64,000 nt of DNA from the human T2T-CHM13v2.0 reference genome, Homo sapiens: NCBI RefSeq assembly GCF_009914755.1, contig NC_060931.1; one strand, given 5' to 3'. The position numbers were made by a program, and so were the translations under genes. This document shows, one piece after another, positions 55,830-64,000 of this stretch. Position 1 is the first letter of the stretch. Every line of letters starts with the position of its first letter. The notes under the pieces are model-generated. The model made no database searches. It was not told where the DNA came from and was given only the letters and a program-made list of their open reading frames with translations.

Positions 55830-56510
55830 AAAAAAGCTCGAGCTTCTGAGCCTATCATAACAGACCACTTGCACCTTCCCAGCATCTCCGCATACCTTCA
55901 GGGTCTAGCCATGTGCCCATCAGAGATAACAATCCCCAAATATTTCTTATCCCTCCATGCCTCAATGAGTTTGCATACTCAACTTCTTTTACCAGTTCTA
56001 GCATTTCTCCCTTTTTGGCCTGGTTAATTCCTCCTCATCATTCAAGAGCCAGCACAGAGATCATTCCATGTGAAACATTTTCTGACTCTTGGGCAAAGAA
56101 AACCACTCCCACCTTTAAGTCCCATAGAATTTTCAATTCTCTTATTCATTCACTCTTCCAAGGAATATTTACTAAGAACCTACCATGTGCCAGGCATCAT
56201 CAAAAGGATACATTAAAGAACAAGACAGACCTAGAGTTCATATTCTAGTTGAGGGTAAAATACTAATAAGCAAATAAATATATAGTTTAGGATGGTAAGT
56301 GCAATGGAGAAAATTAAAGTAGAATAAGTGGGATAGGACTATAGGCTGTCAAGTTGACAATTTCATATATTTTCCTTATGCTTCTATAATAGCATTAATC
56401 GTATTTTAGTTTATTCATTCATCTGCCATTTTTCTCTTACTACATTATTTCCATTTCATCTTTGATTTCCTGCACAGTACCTAGGACATAGTAAGTGAGG
56501 AGCTAAAAAT
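55830..56510. mobile_element. L2 fragments in both orientations
   Basis: Sense L2-like flanks around the antisense 3' end ttcattcactc...atttactaagaacctaccatgtgccaggca...aacaagacagac. Confidence 0.6.
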
Positions 56511-59146
56511 ATATATTGGGGATAAAGAAATGATATATAATGTAATCCATCCAATCTAAAGAAGTGCCTTAAAAGCTTTCCTCCCAGTCAGATGGGTCAG
56601 AACAGAGTGAGTCACACAAACCACCATGCAGTTCCCAGGTGATAAGAACTCTACCTTAACTGAGAGATTCACAATGCCCCTGGAAAAGAGTTGTCAGTAT
56701 AAAGTGGAATCCAATAGTTTGGACTAGATTGTAAAATTGCATGCAAAACTTAACAGGTGGCCTCATGTCTTTTGAAAGGGTCACTATGTTCACACTGGTG
56801 CTTAATTTGTCTTTTACTTTAGTAGTTCTTATTCCATTGATTTTTTTTCATCTCTTGCACTCATCCGAGGCTATTAAGATTTAATGAAGAACCACAAATT
56901 GTTCCAAGTTCATATCCCTGTGTTTTTGTGATTTGTAGAAATGACAAGCATCCATGGCTCAGCTATGTGACTTTTTCCATTCAAACTATACAAGCTGTTA
57001 TGTTCCTGCTGTTCTGCACATAGAAACAAGCAGTATTTGTCCCCTCACATGATTCAAAGATGACTTAGGAAGATATGCCTCACAGTCCATTCCCAATGAT
57101 CCTCCTTCATAAACCCTGGCTAAAACCACACATTAAAGCTTTATCAAAGCATAAAAATATTTGATAAAGTTATTCATTCATAAATATATTTGTTGTATGC
57201 CTACTTTGAGCAAAGTGCATTGTTAGGTTCTGCAAGGCCTGCAGACGTCATGTAAACCTGGTTTCTCTCTTCAAAATAACTGATGACGGTGAGAAAGATA
57301 AATACACAAATATCTGGAACATGAGTAGAATGTCTTAAGTGGCATGAGAGGCATAGAGAGTATAGTAGGCCAGACCTGGAGTCACAGCTTTATCTATATG
57401 CGTATTAGAATCAACATGGCATAGGTTCAGTTAACTTAACCCATGGTTTTACCTAGGTCCTTGATTATCTACGAAGGCTATAGAATACATTCATTGATAA
57501 TTTCCAGATTTTTTTCATTGCTATAAAGTGAATAACATTTTACATGATGAACATTCTTGTTCTGTGGCTACTGTACTTTCTAAGCACTATCAGAATATGC
57601 ACTTTGGTTCAAAAGAAGGGTCCCTATGGCACACACCACAAATCTTTTTACAACAAGCTGAATTTTGCTTTACATTGGTCCATCCATCTGAAATATAAAA
57701 TACAGACCTTAGTAACATTGTAACGTAGCAGGCATTGGCTTTGTAGTCATTCTAAATGGGTCATATAGGTCTATGGGGGAGAAGCAGGGGATTGCTATTT
57801 TTCACCTAACATAGAGAAGGTGCAAATCCACTTCCATAAATTAAACAAGGTCCTCATTTTGCACCCTATAAATCCTTTCAGGATGCTGTTAAGAGCAAGT
57901 GGAGTCTCACCAGGGGCCACTTCAAAGATCAGTTCCTCGGGTTCATTAGAACAAATTTAAATGATCATGTGTGGAACTGCTCTTAGCAGTTTCACTGGGC
58001 ATAATTTTTGAGTGCCTGTTACATGGAACACGCACTGCCACACTTTGCTCATGATTCCAAATTTTGCTAAGCACATTGACATTTATTGGTGCTCCAGAGG
58101 CCCAAATGTTTTAATAACTGAGCTCGTTTTTATTCTTAGTGACATAATATTAGGATTCTACAATTCCTACATATTTGTCATATTTATAACCTCATGCACA
58201 TGAATATTTTAAATATAGCATTTTTGGTATGTTTTCTCACATCTTCCTAATTGTATATGATTGCATGCAGAATACTATGTGATAATAGAGGGCTGCAAAT
58301 AATAACAGCTTAGTTAAATAAGCAAGATATGTCTGTGTGTAATTTTTTAAATGTCTATCATTATTTCTCAAATGTGCTTCTGTTTTAAAAAAGGACTGAG
58401 ACATAAGTTTGTCTCTTTTTCTTAGCTAGTTTATTCAACAAATATTTATTGAGCACTTACTATATGCCAGACACTTGGCAACAAGAAAGACAAGATACTT
58501 GCCCGTATGGGATTTACAGTGGATATGTAAATCTGTCTTCTGTTTTCAGTAAAGAGAAAACATTATTTTCTCCATATTATATTTAAATTATGTGCATTAT
58601 TTTGTGGTGACAAGGGTTTCCACAAAGTGTTACATTTTCAGCTATGTTAAAGTAATTTAAGAAATTTACTTGAAAAAAATAAATGATTGTTCCTTCAAGG
58701 ATGGATGGAGTTTTATAGTCAATAGGTTCCCCAAAAGGAGATAAAGCAGACCATGTGCAAAATGCTATCTCAAGAATAAAATAGTCTTATAAATATAAAA
58801 GCTTCAGAGACCTAAGTGTATTTGTTTCCATTAAAATAGCTGCATCAGCAATGATAGGCTTTGAGGAATTCTGCAAAAAGAATTAAATAATAAATATTGA
58901 TATTAAATTCTGTATTTTAAAAAGATTTCATTGCCCTACATTGTTTTTAAATAATGAAAAATAGGGTAACATATTTGCAAACAATTTCTTTCAGGATAAC
59001 TGTAAAAATGATTTCATTTTGGTGGTGTGTGGTTGTTCTAAATTATGGAGATGCAGAGTTGAGGGTTTTTTGTTTTGTTTTGTTTTTAAGCAATCATTGC
59101 TTTTCAGAGGTCACTGGAATTCTGCTCATGTGTGCTCTTCCTACAG

Positions 59147-59291
59147 CAAAGCAGGTATTGGTGAGGTCTTTGAAGGTCACCAAGGGCCAGTGACAGGAAT
59201 TAACTGCCACATGGCAGTGGGCCCAATCGACTTTTCTCACCTGTTTGTCACATCATCATTTGACTGGACTGTCAAACTGTGGACCACCAAG
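59147..59291 (+). CDS. DYNC1I1: DYNC1I1 coding exon (probably exon 14), 145 nt
   Basis: ctcttcctacAG at 59145-59146; (S)[48 protein letters not shown] (GH...DWTVKLW WD40 repeat); donor GTAAGA at 59292. Confidence 0.97.
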
Positions 59292-59821
59292 GTAAGAATA
59301 TCTTGACTGAAATTCTCAGATAATACATAAGGGCAGAGGATGGTTTTTCATTCCCTGGAAACAGTTGTCCCTAAAGCCTCTTCCAGGCAACCTGGCATTG
59401 GGAATTCATATACCTTCTGGTGAGCTCAGTCTACCTCAGAGCTAGTTAAGTCCATTTTATTTACTTTTACACATATAGGTAATACTTGAAAATATTCTAA
59501 CTATAAAAAATTCAAACAATTCAAATAATGATAAAGCTGCAGTCCTCCTCTACCTACCCCAACCCCAACCCCATCCACAACACCCCCTTCACTGCCTGCA
59601 CCTCAGTCGCCTCCCCAGGGGTAAACTTTTATCAGTTTCATGTCTATGTTCTGGAGCTTGGTGGTATCTACTTACTTACATATGTACCTATGGAAATATA
59701 TGATTTGGGACTTGGGTTTTTTTTTGTTTGGTTCGTTGATTGGTTGTTTATTTTTATTTTGAGCTATTGGAAGTTTTTAAGCTGGTAAATGGCCCTATGT
59801 TATGTTTTTAAAGGTAATTCT

Positions 59822-60560
<739 letters not shown>

Positions 60561-60586
60561 TAGCAGTGATCTTCACAAATGAGTAG

Positions 60587-60904
<318 letters not shown>

Positions 60905-62749
60905 TAAAAGAAACACTAACATGCAATCTGGAGGGAGAGCAATACTTAGGAAATAAATAGAAATTGAACTAGAAAAGGGAGATGAAAAAGTAACCCAGGA
61001 AATAGAAGACAAATTAGAATTTTCTTTGCAGCTTCATGGGTATTAATGGAAAAAACCATGTTAAGAGGACAGAATTTGCTTTTAACTATATGAAAAGATA
61101 ACAACCTCATTTATAAGAGAAATTAAAATTAAAACCAAGTTGAGAAACATATTTCCAACTATCAGATTGACAAAAATCTAAGTTTTGCAACATACTCTGT
61201 GATGAGGCCGAAAGAAACCAGCTGTTCTCATACATTTCCATTGGAAATGCAAAATGGCTCAACACTGTGGAAGAGGATTTAGCAATATCTAAAAATAATA
61301 CATGTTTTAACAGAACAATTTCCACTTCTAGGAATCTATGCCAAAGATATACCAGCAAAAATAAGACAGAAGACATATGGAGAAGGACATTCACTGAAAG
61401 ATTATTTGAATAGCAAAAGAATGAATACAACTCAAAAATCTCTATCAGTACAGTGCTGTGTGAATCAAAAGTATGGTACCTCCACCCAAGAGAGTAACAT
61501 TATTCAGGTATAAGAAAAAATGAAGAAGACTTCTATGTTCTATTATGGAGTGATCCCTAAGATACATTTTTAAATGAGTAAAGCAAAGTGGAGAGAAGTG
61601 CAAATAGTATATTATCATTGTTTATAATTATATAATTAGAAGTTGAAAGGATAAACAAAAAAGTTACTTATAGCAAGACAGGAAGCTAAAAGAAAAAAAT
61701 AATAGCTAGACTTCTTTGAATATACCTTATTTTTACATTTGATTTTGGAACCATGTAAATATTTTACATAGTTATAAAAGAAAATGAAATAAATTTAAAA
61801 ATTGATTCCTAAAAAATTTAAAGTAACATGAATCAACTTTAATGTGGTTCAAATTGGTAGCAAAATCTTACATGAAAGAATGATTTGAAGTGACTTTAAA
61901 ACTCTGTATGTTTGGTATACATTCCTAAAGGGATATATTTTAAGGATTTTTTTAAACTACCAAAAAAAATCTAAAATCTAAACTACTTCTAGTACTCATA
62001 TTGCTGGTTGTCATATTGCTACTGCTATCCTGAGGCCATTGTATTTATATCATAACATAAGTTAAATTACTATGTTGGTGTCATTGAGAACTGAGATTAT
62101 CAGCTTGGTTGAAAGGAGATACAGATGCATGCAGTTAAGTAACAATTCTGTAGTAATCCTGAATCTGAGTGGGAAGTATACTAAGAACTCATGGTGTGTA
62201 TTATCTTTCAATACAAAAGAATACATATTCACTGCTCTGTTCACCAAAAAGACCTGGGAACGGTGACCAATTCAATAGCAATGACATTCCTGATGCCCAG
62301 AATGTGCTCCCCAAATACAGCTTCCACTCAAGGAAACCAGGGATCCCAGAAGAAATTACTGATTCTAAGCGCGGAGCAGGAAATTTATAAAATAAACTGA
62401 GATTATTTTATTATAACAAGCAAAGATGCTACCAAACACTACAAAGTTTTTGTCAAAGGACTTGGAAACCAAGTTGAGTAAGCTTCTGTTGGCCCAGACA
62501 ACATCAATAAGAGTAATAGATTAATGAGTTCCTAACAATACTGAAGAAAACAAACAAATAAAAAACCTCTTTGGCCACCTATGGAGAATACTAGGTAAAC
62601 AAACTCATTATTTTGAAAACCAGTGAGTAAATGAAAGAATAAAACATGTAGTCTGTCTTTTCTATATGAATTGTATTTCAGGGTTACTAAATCATTGATG
62701 AGGGGACTTTTTCTTTACAGAATTCCAGCTAATATAGGAATAAAAAATG

Positions 62750-63073
62750 GGCCGGGGACTGTGGCTCACACCTGTGATCCCAGCACTTTGGGAGGCTGAG
62801 GCGGGTGGATCACGAGGTCAGAAGATCGAGACCATCCTGCCCAACATAGTGAATGCTTATCTTTACTAAAAATACAAAAATTAGCTGGGCGTGGTGGGGT
62901 CTGCCTATAATCTCAGCTGCTAGGGAGGCTCGGGAGGCTGAGTCAGGAGAATCACTTGAACCAGGGATTCAGAGGTTGTAGTGAACCGAGATCGTGCCAC
63001 TGCACTCCAACCTGGTGACAGAGTGAGACTCCATCTCAAAAAAAAAAAAAAAAGAAAGAAAGAAAGAAAGAAA
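62750..63073 (+). mobile_element. AluSc-like element with A/(AAAG)n tail
   Basis: gatcacgaggtcagaagatcgagaccatcctg and ccaacctggtgacagag. Confidence 0.94.
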
Positions 63074-63586
63074 TGACAGAATTTGAAAATCACCATTTTG
63101 CAAACACCATAATCTAGGCAATGATTATTGCTGATAATATTGTAAAAATAGAAACAACCTTTTTCATAATTACAGAATACACAATACCACCTTTGAAGTA
63201 GGCTTACACTCAAAATTGAATCTGAATCTTATCAATCCTCCAGATCTCTGAATTTAGAAGATACAGATGCAAAACATTAAATAACACCACAGGGATGCAA
63301 TCAACCAAACCCAGACCGCTGGCATATCTACGGGACACCTGATTTAGTTTCTGCAACAAAACCAAAAATTTTTCCTCAAGGGCAAATTGGAAGTGGAAAC
63401 AATGTATTAAAAAAAAAAAAACAGAACAAAACAAAACTTGGGACATTTCAGTGGATCTTAAAATATGGATCTTACATAGATCTTGATTCAAACAAGCAAC
63501 CAGGTGAAAAACTTTACAAGGCTACCAGGGAAATGCAAATACTAACTGTATATTTGATGATATTCATGCAGTACTATTTTTAGTAA

Positions 63587-63877
63587 TTTTTTTTTTTTGA
63601 AATGTAGTCTCTCTCTGTTGACCACACTAGAGTGCAGTGGCACCATCTCGGCTCACTGCAACCTCCACCTTCCAGTTCAAGCAATTCTCCTGCCTTAGCC
63701 TTCCGAGCAGCTGGGATTACAGGTGCCCGCCACTACAACTGGCTAATTTTTGTATTTTTAGTAGAGATGGGGTTTCACCATGTTGGCCAGGCTGGTCTCG
63801 AACTCCTGACCTCGTGATCCACCCGCCTCAGCCTCCCAAAGTGCTGGGATTACAGGTGTGAGGCACTGTGTCTGGCC
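63587..63877 (-). mobile_element. AluSg-like element
   Basis: gtctcgaactcctgacctcgtgatccaccc; full antisense dimer. Confidence 0.94.
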
Positions 63878-64000
63878 AATAATTGTTATGATCACTTTAA
63901 ATGGTGTTACCTTTTAGGGATGCATATTGAAATACAGAACAAATTATATGATATTAGGGATTTGCTTCAAAATAAGCAGTTGGGAATGGGAGAGCTTGTG

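Larger units (their letters stand above)
61080..64000 (+). mobile_element. Old L1M (L1MC/ME-like) ORF2 end and 3' UTR, hosting two Alus
   Basis: atatgaaaagat...aaattaaaacca...ctatcagattgacaaaaat...ctcatacatt...ggaaatgcaaaatgg...caatttccacttctaggaatctat. Confidence 0.7.

Noticed and set aside
59557-59588. (CCCCAA)n telomere-like or G4 tract
   Set aside because: Under three units, long last loop, inside a probable old L1 3' end

Overview
Primate (almost certainly human) genomic DNA from inside DYNC1I1, the neuron-enriched cytoplasmic dynein-1 intermediate chain 1 (7q21.3 by established knowledge), transcribed on the + strand. Seven GT-AG coding exons (4700-4862, 6953-7052, 15848-15973, 48061-48207, 52537-52650, 55489-55622, 59147-59291; probably exons 8-14 of 17) splice into one open frame, from ...[20 protein letters not shown] through the WD40 repeats to ...[11 protein letters not shown]. 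The rest is intron, including a 32,087-bp intron, with 16 Alu/FLAM copies, L1, L2, MIR, MaLR LTRs, MER5-like elements and microsatellites. Repeat subfamily names come from recalled consensus sequences, not a database search. I cannot support a new gene or a new biological system here. The best leads are: (1) atypical or competing splice sites (A-rich exon-8 acceptor, frameshifting alternative donor, in-frame +39-nt exon-14 acceptor, UG-repeat cryptic-exon candidates); (2) candidate regulatory elements in a gene that lies in the DLX5/DLX6 enhancer landscape; (3) inverted-Alu architecture; (4) datable rearrangements (a twin-primed L1 mini-insertion and two short non-tandem local duplications, one predating an Alu insertion).
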